Positions 12,617 to 23,110 of a stretch of 64,000 nucleotides of DNA are shown one piece after another. Numbering within the stretch: position 1 is the first letter of the stretch; each line of letters opens with the position of its first letter. Made by a program: the position numbers and the translations under genes. The DNA comes from Rhodospirillales bacterium (lineage in GTDB: Bacteria > Pseudomonadota > Alphaproteobacteria > Bin95): assembly GCA_038143065.1 (NCBI GenBank), contig JAYQLI010000035.1, positions 2,112,894 through 2,176,893 of the forward strand, given 5' to 3'. Below the pieces are notes generated by a model that searched no databases, was not told the origin of the DNA, and was given only the letters and a program-made list of their open reading frames with translations.

Positions 12617-14353
12617 ATGGAGGCCTCTATGGAGAGAGAAGCAGCCTTATGGCCTAGAGGTGCGAAAGCGGCTGGAGCCAAGCCGCTCGCAAAGCGCCTA
12701 GATAGTCTTGAAGGCAAAACTGTTGCCTTTCTTTGGGATTATATGTTTCGCGGCGACGAAATTTTTCCACTTATAGAACGTGAACTGTCCTCCAAGTATT
12801 CTGGCATTAAATTCATTGGATACGACCATTTTGGCACCACGCATGGAGGTGGTGAAAGAGAGGTTATTCGCACTCTTCCAGAGCACATAAAAACACTTGA
12901 GATAGACGCAGTCGTCTCAGGTATGGGTTGTTGAGGTAGCTGTACGCCCGCCGTGTTGCGGGCGAGTGCAGCTGCTGAAGCCGCCGGCATTCCAACGGCA
13001 AGCTTAGTTTGCGATGGTTTCCTCGGTCAGGGTCGATCTACAGCAGCCGGTATAGGTATGCCAAATATTCCTCTGGCGCAGGTTACTGGTCATGTCGATG
13101 TCCAGACAACTGATGAGTTAGTCTCAAACATAGTTGGTGTTACCATCCCAGCAGTAATCAAGGCTCTTACCGAAGATCCACCGCCTGTTGCTTCTCCTAC
13201 TGAGCCAAAACCAACAGATGTTGTATTTCAGGGTACGTTCGAGGAAGTGAACCAGTATTTCTACGAGAATGGCTGGACTGATGGGCTTCCCATAGTGCCG
13301 CCTACGCTAGAGCGGGTCCAAGCATTTTTGAAGTTTACTGATCTTCCTCAAGATACGGTGCTCGGCCAGGCACAGCCCGACAATAGAATTGCGACCGTTT
13401 GGAATGCAGCAGTAAACGGCGTTATGGCGGGATGTAAGCCAGAATATATGCCGGTGATGGTAGCCGCCATTCAGGCAATGTGTGATGAGGAATATGGGGT
13501 TGAGCACTCTGGAAATACACCAGGGGCGGAAACTTTGCTGATTCTTAATGGCCCTATAGCCCAAGAACTTGGATTCAATGCAGAGCAGGGCGTACTTCGC
13601 GATGGCATTATGGCCAACACAGCTCTTGGGCGTTGGTGGAGGCTTTGCCTGAAAAACATTGCTGGTTTTCGCCATCAACAAACCGACAAAGCAACCTTTG
13701 GGGGAACCTGGAAGGTTGCTATGGCGGAAAATGAGGACGTTTTGCAAGAAATTGGCTGGCCACCAATGGCCGCAGAGTTTGGATTTAAACTTGGCGAAAA
13801 TGCTATCTCTATCGCTCGATTTACTGGTGGAGATGTTGTTACTAGTGTTTTTGGGGATAAGGCGGAATCTATTCTCCCCTATTTGGCAGATGCGCTTGCA
13901 CGTATATCGGCATGGCAACTTGTTTTCACTGTTGGCATGTCGACGGGGACTTATCGTCCTCTGCTAATCATTTCTCCAATTTTGGCACGAACTATCGCTA
14001 AGTCTGGGTGGTCTAAAGATCAGGTGAAAGACTATCTGTTTGAGAACGCTCGAATTCCAGCTCATAAGTTCGAAAAATACATGGGTGAATATACTAACCT
14101 AATTCCAGGACGCCAAACTCTCTATGACATGGCGCAGAAGGGAGAGGCACCACCAGTTTTTGGCGTGTCAGATGATCCAGAAAGATTGGTACCTATCGTT
14201 TTTGAGGCTAAAGATTTTCTGATTGCAGTTTCAGGAGATCCGGGACGAACAAATGCCTATGTAATGAGCCATAATGGGCAGCTTGGTTATACTGTTGGGG
14301 CTGGTATTAAGACCCCACAGAATTGGCCAGCTTTGCTCGACGATCTGGACTAA
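12617..14353 (+). CDS. UGSC-family selenoprotein fused to a conserved domain of unknown function; 578 aa with Sec at codon 106 (TGA 12932-12934)
   Basis: ORFs 12617-12934 and 12953-14353 share a frame; read-through gives AVVSGMGC-U-GSCTPAVLRASAAAEAAGIP; SECIS follows; C-terminal GWTDGLPIVPPT and NGVMAGCKPEY motifs. Confidence 0.88.
12935..12976 (+). promoter_or_regulatory. Bacterial SECIS element
   Basis: GGUAGCUGUAC pairs with GUGCAGCUGCU (11 bp including GU); upper stem GCCCGC/GCGGGC; apical loop CGUGUU with G at position 2, 17 nt after UGA. Confidence 0.8.
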
Positions 14354-15557
14354 GTATTTGAACTTTGTGTTGTTGCTGGTGATGCTATCAATACAAGGGC
14401 CATAAAAAGTGCTGGGATAGCTATAAGTGCATAGCCAGCTATATAGCTTCCGCTGGCTAGACCCAGTCCGAATAGCATCGGGTAAAATACTTGACCTGCT
14501 GAGCCAAAAGCGAGCACCCCACCCGTCATGCGTCCTGCTTCTCCAGGCTGTGCTAGGCGAGCGGCTTCAGATAACAGAACACCATGCCAAGAAAGAACCG
14601 ATAGGCTTATAAGACCCATCACGCCAAAAATCTGCCAATCTTCCCATCCAGTTCCGAAGAACCCCATGGTTATGGTTGAGATTGCCATCATCGCTGCTAA
14701 ACAGGCTAGCAGCATTTTTGGTTTTATAAGGGTGCTACCAACCCAACCCCAAAGTATTCGGGCTGGAACGGCTATTAGTGCTGCAGCGCCAAAAAGAGGA
14801 CCAGCCTCCTCAACAGTATAGCCCAGGGCCTCGTGTAAGTAGGTTACGCTAAAGCCCATGAAAATTGACTGCATTCCCACAAAGCAAAAAGCTGCCATGG
14901 CTAGTGAACGCATTTCAGGGGCATTTAGCACTTGTCGAATGGTTAAAGGGAAGTCTGAAAATTTTGGACGCGCTATTGGGTCTCGGTCTGCGTCAAATTC
15001 ATCGCGCAGGGGCTGTAATGCTACCGCGATTAAAATGCAAACACATGCAAGCCCGAGAAGAGCTGGCCTCCAGCCCAATGAAGCTGCAATTGGAGCCAGC
15101 ACCATACCAGAGATGGCTAGCCCTGCGGGCACGCCGGTTTGCTTAATTGAAAAAACTAGTGGTGCCCATTTGGGGGTGCATATTTGGCAAGTATCTGTGA
15201 GCTTGCGGGAGTTGCAACGGTTGAGCCTGCACTGTTCAAGAAAATACCTAATATCAGTGGAGGAAGCGCTAACCAGGGCTGCGCTAGCAAAGCCGCAGCT
15301 GCAAGACCAATTGCCATAGCTAAACAGCCAATTTGGCTTGTGCGGAGCGCACCCCAGCGACGCAAAGCTCCACCGCACCCTGCCATCACCAGGATAGCAA
15401 CAGCTGCGTAGCTCCAAGTGTAGCCGAGGACTACCTTGGGATCGATTCCTAAGTCAGCGGCCACAGTTGGAAACATTGCGGGCATCCCAAGCTTCGCAGT
15501 AGTCGCTATAGTCTGCTGGATTAGCATAGCTACGATGGCAATAATTAAAATTGGCAT
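14350..15557 (-). CDS. MFS transporter (frameshift near 15170)
   Basis: Hydrophobic two-halved pattern; FSIKQTGVPAG and ARILWGWVG motifs across two overlapping ORFs. Confidence 0.85.
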
Positions 15558-15607
15558 AGGCCAGAAAGCTCAGGTTGAATTAGGTTAGTGTCAACGGAGA
15601 CTGTGAG

Positions 15608-16762
15608 ATGTCAGATTACAAGACTTTTGGGTTCACGCCAGAACAGGTAATGATCCGCGACAATGTGCTAGGGCTACTTCAGGATGTCCTCCCACAGCAA
15701 AAAATCACAGAGCTTGATCTCAACAAAACTGAACCTCAAGAGGCTTATGAGGCGCTAGCTGACGGAGGATGGCTGGCTCTACCTTTTGGCGAAGAATGGG
15801 GCGGGGCTGCTGCTACAAATAAAGACATGGCGATATTCATCGAAGCGATAGGCTACTGGCATTATGGAATTCGATCCGCTTACATGACTACAGTGATTTA
15901 TGGCGGAGGACATTTGCAACATCATGCTTCGCCCGAATTACGAGCTGAAATGTTGCCTAAATTGATAGAAGGCAAACTGCGCATGGCTATTGCCTATTCG
16001 GAGCCAGAAAGTGGGTCTGACGCTGCTGGCATCCGAACCCGAGCTACTAAAGTTGGCGATGGGTATAAAATTAATGGCCAGAAGATTTATACTACTAATG
16101 CCCATGTTGCCGACTATCTGGTGGTTTCAGTCAAAACAGATATTGAAGCAGGACGGAGAGGCCTATCTTTAATTATTGTAGATACCAAGGCTGAGGGCGT
16201 TAATATTCGCCCGATGGATTCACTTGGGACACGAACCTCGCGCCCCAATGAGGTTTTTTTCGACGATGTTTATGTGCCCAAAGAACATCTTTTAGGAGAA
16301 GAGGGCTCGGGCTGGCCTATGCTCATGCGGGGACTTAACCAGGAACGATTGTTGTTGGCTGCAAATGGTGGGGGTGCTTCTCTTCGTTGTATCGATGTTT
16401 CTCGGGCTTTTGCGAGGGAACGTTCCGCATTTGGTAGCAAAATAGCCAACTATCAGGCCATTAGTCACAAATTTGCTGATATGCATGCTTTAACGGAGGC
16501 TGCACGACTGGTTACATTCCATGCCGCCGAGATGCTCGATGCGGGGGAAAATGCTGTTTCTGAAACCACAACGGCCAAGATAGTGGCAACTGACAATAAC
16601 TATCGTGTTGCCGATCTTGCTATGCAGGTAATGGGGGGCGCGGGTTATGTAGATGGTGAGATGCAGCGTCTCTTTAGAGAAGCCCGCCTTGGCCCAATTG
16701 GTGGCGGATCGAATGAAATTCTTCGAAATGTGCTTGCAGCAAGAATGGATTTGCGAAGTTAA
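15608..16762 (+). CDS. Acyl-CoA dehydrogenase family protein
   Basis: AYSEPESGSDA, INGQKIYTTNA, ERSAFG, QVMGGAGY, IGGGSNEI. Confidence 0.93.
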   Translation: MSDYKTFGFTPEQVMIRDNVLGLLQDVLPQQKITELDLNKTEPQEAYEALADGGWLALPFGEEWGGAAATNKDMAIFIEAIGYWHYGIRSAYMTTVIYGGGHLQHHASPELRAEMLPKLIEGKLRMAIAYSEPESGSDAAGIRTRATKVGDGYKINGQKIYTTNAHVADYLVVSVKTDIEAGRRGLSLIIVDTKAEGVNIRPMDSLGTRTSRPNEVFFDDVYVPKEHLLGEEGSGWPMLMRGLNQERLLLAANGGGASLRCIDVSRAFARERSAFGSKIANYQAISHKFADMHALTEAARLVTFHAAEMLDAGENAVSETTTAKIVATDNNYRVADLAMQVMGGAGYVDGEMQRLFREARLGPIGGGSNEILRNVLAARMDLRS

Positions 16763-18240
16763 TCCAAATAACGGCGCTTGATATGTGTTTCAAATGCATC
16801 TGTTGAAAGAGGTCTACCGGTCACTGCTGCGATTAGGTCATTGCTCGATGCGTGCAGGCAGCCTTGGCTATGGATTTCCCTTGCCATAAAATCTTGGAGG
16901 CTACTGTAGTCACCATTTCCAAGTTCAATTGCTAGCTTTTCCTTCCCTATTTTCTTTTCTGCTGTTTGGAAGAGCTGTGCGGCAGTAAGAGCGCCAAGAG
17001 TATATGTTGGAAAATAGCCAACTGCTCCGTCGAACCAATGTATGTCCTGTAAACAACCCTCTACGTCGTCCGGTCCTGGAAGACCTAGATGAGTTTCTAG
17101 ATGGTCATTCCAGGCGGTTTTGAGATCCTTAGGTTGAAGGTCACCTGATACCAGACCTTGCTCTAACTCAAAACGGAGGATTATGTGGATTGGGTATGTC
17201 ACTTCGTCTGCTTCAACCCTGACATAGCTTGGTTGAACAGACTGCAAGGCACGCCGAACGGAATCTGCAGATGTTCTGCACCCAGCCTCATTCAGAATAC
17301 CTGCGAGGAAACTGCTCATTTCCAGGGAGCGCCCTGCTTGCATTTCGAAAGTCAGTGATTGGCTCTCGTGCATTGTCATCCCCGCGGCAGCACCCACAGG
17401 CTGGTTCCGCCAGACTTTTGGTTGGCCTCGGGTATAGGCGGCATGACCAGCTTCATGAAGGACTGCCATTAAGCCAGAGAGAGCATCATCCTTATCCCAA
17501 CGTGCAGTAATTCGGGCATCTTCAATGGTGCCTGTTGAGAAAGGATGGAGGCTCTCATCCATTCGACCATGTTCAAAGTCAAAACCTATAGTTTTAAGCA
17601 ATCGCATGCCCATATCTCGCTGATCTGTAACATCAGCTTTAATGGCTGGTTCTGATGGCCATTTTGCCTGTTTTTCAATGATCTCTGGAATTGTTTCAGC
17701 TAGGAACTGACTTAGACGATCAAAAATGGCCTCAATCTGATTTGCCTTGCGGCCGGGGTCATATTGATCGAGTAGAGCATCATAAGGCGAGAGAGCCTTT
17801 GCATTCCCTAAGGCCGCGGCTTCTTCTCGTACAAGATTAACTAGTGAGTCAAATGCTGGTAGCACCACATTAAAATCATTCTCATTGCGCGCTAGCCGCC
17901 AAGCAGTTTCGGACTTTGCCTTAGCGCGAGCAAGGGCAGTTACTAGATCTGGAGATACTGCTGTTGCAGCCGTATGCATCCGCTGCATTTCCCGGAAATT
18001 TGCTTGATACCAAACATCATCTTTCACTGTAGCCGTTGCCAGGAGGTCCCCTATCTCTGGGTTGGATATGATTGCATGCGACGCTTCAGCAAGCACAGCC
18101 AATTGTTCGCTGCGATCCAGGATTCCTCCTTTTGGCATAGTTACGCTTTGATCCCAATGGAGCCAGCTGGCAGCCTCGTCAATGCGAATTGCGCGAGCAA
18201 AACGTTTTTCCAGTTCCTGCAGTGCAGTCAAGATAGCCAA
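16759..18240 (-). CDS. Carboxypeptidase, M32 family
   Basis: HPF, HEAGH, HESQS, RVEADE, QDIHW, GYFPTYTLG. Confidence 0.95.
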   Translation of the reverse strand: MAILTALQELEKRFARAIRIDEAASWLHWDQSVTMPKGGILDRSEQLAVLAEASHAIISNPEIGDLLATATVKDDVWYQANFREMQRMHTAATAVSPDLVTALARAKAKSETAWRLARNENDFNVVLPAFDSLVNLVREEAAALGNAKALSPYDALLDQYDPGRKANQIEAIFDRLSQFLAETIPEIIEKQAKWPSEPAIKADVTDQRDMGMRLLKTIGFDFEHGRMDESLHPFSTGTIEDARITARWDKDDALSGLMAVLHEAGHAAYTRGQPKVWRNQPVGAAAGMTMHESQSLTFEMQAGRSLEMSSFLAGILNEAGCRTSADSVRRALQSVQPSYVRVEADEVTYPIHIILRFELEQGLVSGDLQPKDLKTAWNDHLETHLGLPGPDDVEGCLQDIHWFDGAVGYFPTYTLGALTAAQLFQTAEKKIGKEKLAIELGNGDYSSLQDFMAREIHSQGCLHASSNDLIAAVTGRPLSTDAFETHIKRRYLD

Positions 18241-18255
18241 GTTCTCCGATTATTT

Positions 18256-19572
18256 TTAATTTAGCCGGACTTGCGGGGGTGTAACTCGGATTTGAGCAAT
18301 CTGGTTACGTGCACGGCGTAGTATACGGAAACGGTACCGGTGGAATTCGAAGGTTTGCCCTACTTCAGGGAGCGTTCGCGCTTCATGCATAATTAGGCCG
18401 GCCAGTGTTGTCGCATCATCGTCTGGCAAGTTCCAGTCAAACTCACGATTTAAATCCCTAATGTGAGTAGCTCCTGGCACCATATAACTTCCATCAGGCT
18501 GTCGCCGAACTCCTGCAAGTGGAAGGTCATGCTCATCGGCAATATCACCAACAATCTCTTCGAGTATGTCTTCAAGGGTAGCCACTCCCATGAATGCTCC
18601 ATACTCGTCAACAACAAGAGCAAAATGCTCTCTCCTTCGACGGAACTCCTGAAGTTGGTCCAACAAAGTAGTAGATTCAGGAACGAACCAAGGGGGAGAG
18701 GCTACTTTGTTGATATCAATTCTGGCTGGATCACCGCCCGCAGCTTGGACTGCACGCAGCAGCGCTTTAGCATGAAGAACCCCAACGATATTTTCAGCGG
18801 ATTCCTGCCAAATAGGAATTCTAGTATATGGGCTAGAAAGGACTTCGGTTACAATTTCTTCTGAAGGCCGACTGCCATCTACCATCACGACTTTGCTTCG
18901 GTGCGTCATCGCCTCACCTACTTCCAACTCTGCCAGCTCTAAGATGCTGTGTAGCATCTGACGTTCAGACTGACTTTCTTCATCACCGTGATGCATATCA
19001 ATGGCGCCGCGAAGTGCTTCCTGTCTTTCCTCTACTGCCTCGATGGCGCGATTATCAATATTTTTACTTTCACCAAAAATACGAAGAACGCAGTTAACTA
19101 TCCACTGGATCGATCGCGAAATTGGTGCCAGGAAGCCCACGATGAATCGGACTACTGGTGCTACTGCGAGAGCGGCTCGGTCTGAGTGATTTATAGCGAA
19201 AGTTTTTGGTGCAACCTCAGAAAAAATTAAAACAAGCAGTGTCATCCCTAGAGTCGCATAGGCCACACCAGCTTCTCCAAAGAGTTTTATTAATGCATTT
19301 GTTGCAATGGATGCGGCTAAAATGTTGACGAGATTGTTACCAAGCAGGAGGGCACCTAACAAATCTTCCTTGCGGTCACCTAGCCTGCGAACCATCCGCG
19401 CGCGTTTGTCTCCCTTACGAGCAAGATGATGCATCCGGGGTCTGTTAACAGCAGTGAGTGCTGTTTCAGAACCTGAGAAGAATGCTGACAATAACAAAAG
19501 AAATAGAATTGTAAGGATTGAAAGCCAAAATTCCCAATCCCAATCGATTAGGAAATTTGTTTGCTCGATCAT
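18256..19572 (-). CDS. HlyC/CorC (CNNM + CBS + CorC) transporter
   Basis: [38 protein letters not shown]. Confidence 0.93.
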   Translation of the reverse strand: MIEQTNFLIDWDWEFWLSILTILFLLLLSAFFSGSETALTAVNRPRMHHLARKGDKRARMVRRLGDRKEDLLGALLLGNNLVNILAASIATNALIKLFGEAGVAYATLGMTLLVLIFSEVAPKTFAINHSDRAALAVAPVVRFIVGFLAPISRSIQWIVNCVLRIFGESKNIDNRAIEAVEERQEALRGAIDMHHGDEESQSERQMLHSILELAELEVGEAMTHRSKVVMVDGSRPSEEIVTEVLSSPYTRIPIWQESAENIVGVLHAKALLRAVQAAGGDPARIDINKVASPPWFVPESTTLLDQLQEFRRRREHFALVVDEYGAFMGVATLEDILEEIVGDIADEHDLPLAGVRRQPDGSYMVPGATHIRDLNREFDWNLPDDDATTLAGLIMHEARTLPEVGQTFEFHRYRFRILRRARNQIAQIRVTPPQVRLN

Positions 19573-20683
19573 GGGGATAATGCCTCGCTCAGAGTCGCTT
19601 TAATAGCTGCTAGTTCTGAATTAGGACATACAAAGGCTTTTCCAATTCCTCGGACGAGAATGAGTGTTATATTGCTATCGACCGATTTTTTATCAGCTTT
19701 CATTCTTTTTAAAAGCGCCTCTATCGTTGGTACAGATTGGTTTCCGGTTAAATCAGGGCGCACAGGAAGGCCAACAGCTTCTAAGCTTTCAGAAACTCGG
19801 TTTGCCTCTTCTTTACTGATCAACCCTAAGCGAGCGGAATGATGGAACGCCATCGCCATTCCTATTGAAACAGCCTCTCCGTGTAATAGGCTACCATCAT
19901 ACCCCGCTTCTGCCTCGAAGGCGTGACCGAAAGTATGCCCGAGATTTAATAGGGCTCGTTGCCCGGCTTCCCGCTCATCTGCAGCGACAATCTCTGCTTT
20001 GGCATGGCAGCATTCGGATACAGCACTTGCCATTAATTCGAGGTTACCGGAAAGAGCTGCAGCGCCATTTGATTCCAGCCATTCGAAGAAATTAGGCCGA
20101 TTTATTATACCATATTTGATAACTTCAGCATATCCTGCGAGCAAATCGCGTCTGGGTAATGTTTGTAGAACGTCAAGATCCGCTAGAACTAGTTTAGGCT
20201 GATGAAAGGTGCCTACCAGATTTTTGCCAGCGCCCAGATTGATAGCGGTTTTCCTCCAACGGAACTATCTACCTGGGCTAGCAAAGTGGTGGGTATCTGA
20301 ACAAAATCCAGACCGCGTAATAACACTGATGATGCAAATCCTGCCAAATCACCTATGACCCCACCGCCCAACGCTATAATTGTTGTGCGTCGGTCGATAC
20401 CAAGTGAGAGGGCCTGTTCTAACAGGTTAGAAAACGTATTAAAGGATTTACTCGCTTCGCCGGGAGCTATCTTAATTAGCTCAGTACGGAATCCGCAGAC
20501 TTTTAGGCTCGCAGAAAGTCGGGGCCAATGAAGGTCAGCGACGCTTGCGTCGGCTACGACAATAAGTCGATCATGACACCCAACGGCACGTATGTGTTCC
20601 CCTGCTCGATCAAGAAGCCCAGATCCTATAAGGATGTCATAGCTTCGTTCATCCAGATCCACGCAAACAGTTTTGTAGCTCAT
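19569..20683 (-). CDS. aroB: 3-dehydroquinate synthase (frameshift in A run near 20250)
   Basis: GGGVIGDLAGF, PTTLLAQVDSSVGGK, LNLGHTFGHA, LHGEAV. Confidence 0.96.
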
Positions 20684-21276
20684 TTGGGCTCCACTGGTGC
20701 GACTACACCAATTTCAATCAGCTTTGCTTCAGCAGTACTTGCTGTGGTGTCGACCGACGAATCATCACTACTAATAACGATATCAGCTTCAGAATACGAT
20801 GAAATTCGAGCATTCAGGAGTTTTTCTAATTCTGCTCTAGGATCTGAGACGTACAGCATTGGCCTGTTTTTTCTGCGTGAGACGCGCTGAAATAGCGTGT
20901 CTAAATCAGTATTGATCCAGATACTCGCGGCTCTCTCTTTGGTTTTTTTTCGTGTGGTTGGGTCTGCAAATGCTCCTCCACCTAACGCGAGGATATGAGG
21001 AGGGTCATCCAGAAGGCGAGATATTACTCGACGTTCACCTTCCCGAAATCCCGCTTCACCTAATGAACGGAATATCTCTGGAATTGTGCATCCCGCGGCA
21101 CGTTCAATTTCTGTATCCGCATCTGCAAATTTAGCTTCCAAGCGCTGCGCAAGTGTTCGCCCAATAGTGCTTTTGCCGGCTCCCATCATTCCCACGAGGA
21201 CGACAGTGCGGTTAAGTCGGCAAGGTTTTTTTATTTTGGCGTCTTTGGAATTCATTTCGTCTCGACAATCCGTCAT
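20680..21276 (-). CDS. aroK: Shikimate kinase
   Basis: GMMGAGKSTIG, GEAGFREGE, ALGGGAF. Confidence 0.96.
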   Translation of the reverse strand: MTDCRDEMNSKDAKIKKPCRLNRTVVLVGMMGAGKSTIGRTLAQRLEAKFADADTEIERAAGCTIPEIFRSLGEAGFREGERRVISRLLDDPPHILALGGGAFADPTTRKKTKERAASIWINTDLDTLFQRVSRRKNRPMLYVSDPRAELEKLLNARISSYSEADIVISSDDSSVDTTASTAEAKLIEIGVVAPVEPK

Positions 21277-21378
21277 GGAATCGCCATGGTTTTCATTTTA
21301 TATTAACACATAGCGTAAGCAGGTCCTTCCAGAGGCTGCTTCGCCGCTTATAACGGCCTCGTGCTTAGGAGAAGATTT

Positions 21379-21522
21379 GTGATCGGCCGAGTTTTGGGGT
21401 TTTTAGTGTTATTGATAATAGTGGTATTGCTTGGTGGCGCTGTCTTCCTTGCTTACTGGGATATTCCAGCTCCGACTTCAACAGTAGAGAAAGTGCTGCC
21501 GAATGAGCGTTTCCCGGACTAG
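21379..21522 (+). CDS. Small single-TM protein, 47 aa, absent from ORF track
   Basis: GTG start after AGGAG; MIGRVLGFLVLLIIVVLLGGAVFLAYWDIPAPTSTVEKVLPNERFPD; overlaps start of next gene. Confidence 0.75.
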   Translation: MIGRVLGFLVLLIIVVLLGGAVFLAYWDIPAPTSTVEKVLPNERFPD

Positions 21523-23110
21523 ATTCATCGTAGCATTAGCATTCGTTTTAACGTGTGGCTCGGCGATTGCCCAGGATGAAGTTAAAACAAGCCAAATCGC
21601 AGAAGGTCTTGACGTTGCTGCCGTAGGAGCCTTTGGCTCTGAAGAGGCAAGAATGCCAAGTAATATATGGTCTGGTTCGGATAGGGCGGTTGTTGCACAG
21701 CTGGTATCCGATTTGCCGGTCCGAATAAGCTCGCCCACGCTTGCAGATGTAACGCGGCGTGTATTGGCAGTGGCAGCGGAGCCGCCTGCTGGTGACCAGT
21801 TAGTTCCTAATTTTGCTTACGTCCGAGCAAACGCTTTACTTCGTATTGGGCATGCCGATCTTGCCGCTCGTATAATTTCTGGTCTCCCAAGAGCAGGTCG
21901 CCAGGAAGAAAGTGATATTACTCTTGTTAAAGCAAATCTTTTAACTCGAGATGTAGCGGGTTCTTGCGAAGTGGCACGCGAGCGGGTAGGCAGAGCCAAG
22001 TCTTCCATATTTGCAAAAGTAAACGCTTTTTGTGATGTTTTATCTGGCGATATAAGTCGCGCACATTTTAGTGCCGCTCTTGTAGCTGAACTTGCACCGG
22101 AAGATAGTGCCTATTTTGAGCTTCTGGGACTGCTCTCCCATGAAGGCGCAAAACCAGGTCCTGCAATTGGAAATTTAATTAATCCTTCTCCTTTACACAG
22201 AGCTATGCTGGCCACAGCAGGTTTATCGTCCGAAATCTTGCCTGCAGGCGGCCTCCCTGACCCGTTTTCTGAAGATGCAGTTGCAGTTGAGATGCTTTTG
22301 GCGACGGATCCAATAGCAAGCCCGACTTTACGACAAGAAGCTGGCCAGTACTCAATTCTGGCGAATGCTTTAAAGATTGAGGATGCTCGCCAACTTGTTA
22401 TGGTTGCTGGCACACCCAATGCACCTTTTGGGCTTGCTGAAGTTGTTAGGATATCTAGTGGTCCTGAACGCGCAATTGCGATGGGTCAGTTTTTGGATAT
22501 AGCAAGAAATTCGGCAGCAGCGGCAACGATGGCAAAACTTGCCTTGCCAATACTGACTAATCTTCCAATGACCGATATCAGTCCTGAAATAGGCGGAAAA
22601 GTTGCTCGCGGTCTCGTCTTAGCCGCGGCACCAGATATGGCAAAAGGTTGGTTGGATCAGCTGGAGGCAGATTCTGCAAGTGAAGAATTGGTCAAGTTTT
22701 CGCAGGTCTTCGCGATCGCTGCTGGCAGAGATTTAAAACCTTTTACTGGGGAAGAGGCTCTCGTCTGGGTGAAAGCAATGGACCCTGCGTCTATAGCTGA
22801 AAAAGCCTCTCTGCTTGGGCTATTGCGTCGATCAGTTGGCTTAACCACATCACCAGTACTTGAGGCTATTGGATTAGTAACAGACATAAAATCAACCATC
22901 CCACCTTCTGATTTAATGCCCTTAGAGGTGGCAGGGGCCGAGAAGCTTGTTGGGGAAACCATTTTGCGCGCGGTAAAATTTGTTAGCAGCGGAACTCAGT
23001 CAGACCAGCCTTTGCGTCTGGCGGCTGCTTCAAAAGCTCTGTTTGAGGTTGGGCTTATAGAAGAAGCTCGTTTGATAGCAGCGGAAGCTGCTGTTATGGG
23101 TGGCTTGTGA
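21503..23110 (+). CDS. Conserved exported hypothetical protein upstream of xerD
   Basis: 535-aa ORF with signal peptide, Ala/Leu-rich, two Cys; abuts xerD. Confidence 0.75.
   Translation: MSVSRTRFIVALAFVLTCGSAIAQDEVKTSQIAEGLDVAAVGAFGSEEARMPSNIWSGSDRAVVAQLVSDLPVRISSPTLADVTRRVLAVAAEPPAGDQLVPNFAYVRANALLRIGHADLAARIISGLPRAGRQEESDITLVKANLLTRDVAGSCEVARERVGRAKSSIFAKVNAFCDVLSGDISRAHFSAALVAELAPEDSAYFELLGLLSHEGAKPGPAIGNLINPSPLHRAMLATAGLSSEILPAGGLPDPFSEDAVAVEMLLATDPIASPTLRQEAGQYSILANALKIEDARQLVMVAGTPNAPFGLAEVVRISSGPERAIAMGQFLDIARNSAAAATMAKLALPILTNLPMTDISPEIGGKVARGLVLAAAPDMAKGWLDQLEADSASEELVKFSQVFAIAAGRDLKPFTGEEALVWVKAMDPASIAEKASLLGLLRRSVGLTTSPVLEAIGLVTDIKSTIPPSDLMPLEVAGAEKLVGETILRAVKFVSSGTQSDQPLRLAAASKALFEVGLIEEARLIAAEAAVMGGL

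Noticed and set aside
21318-21370. Alternative hairpins possibly sequestering the RBS of the small TM gene
   Set aside because: Short stems compatible with chance; no recognisable riboswitch motif
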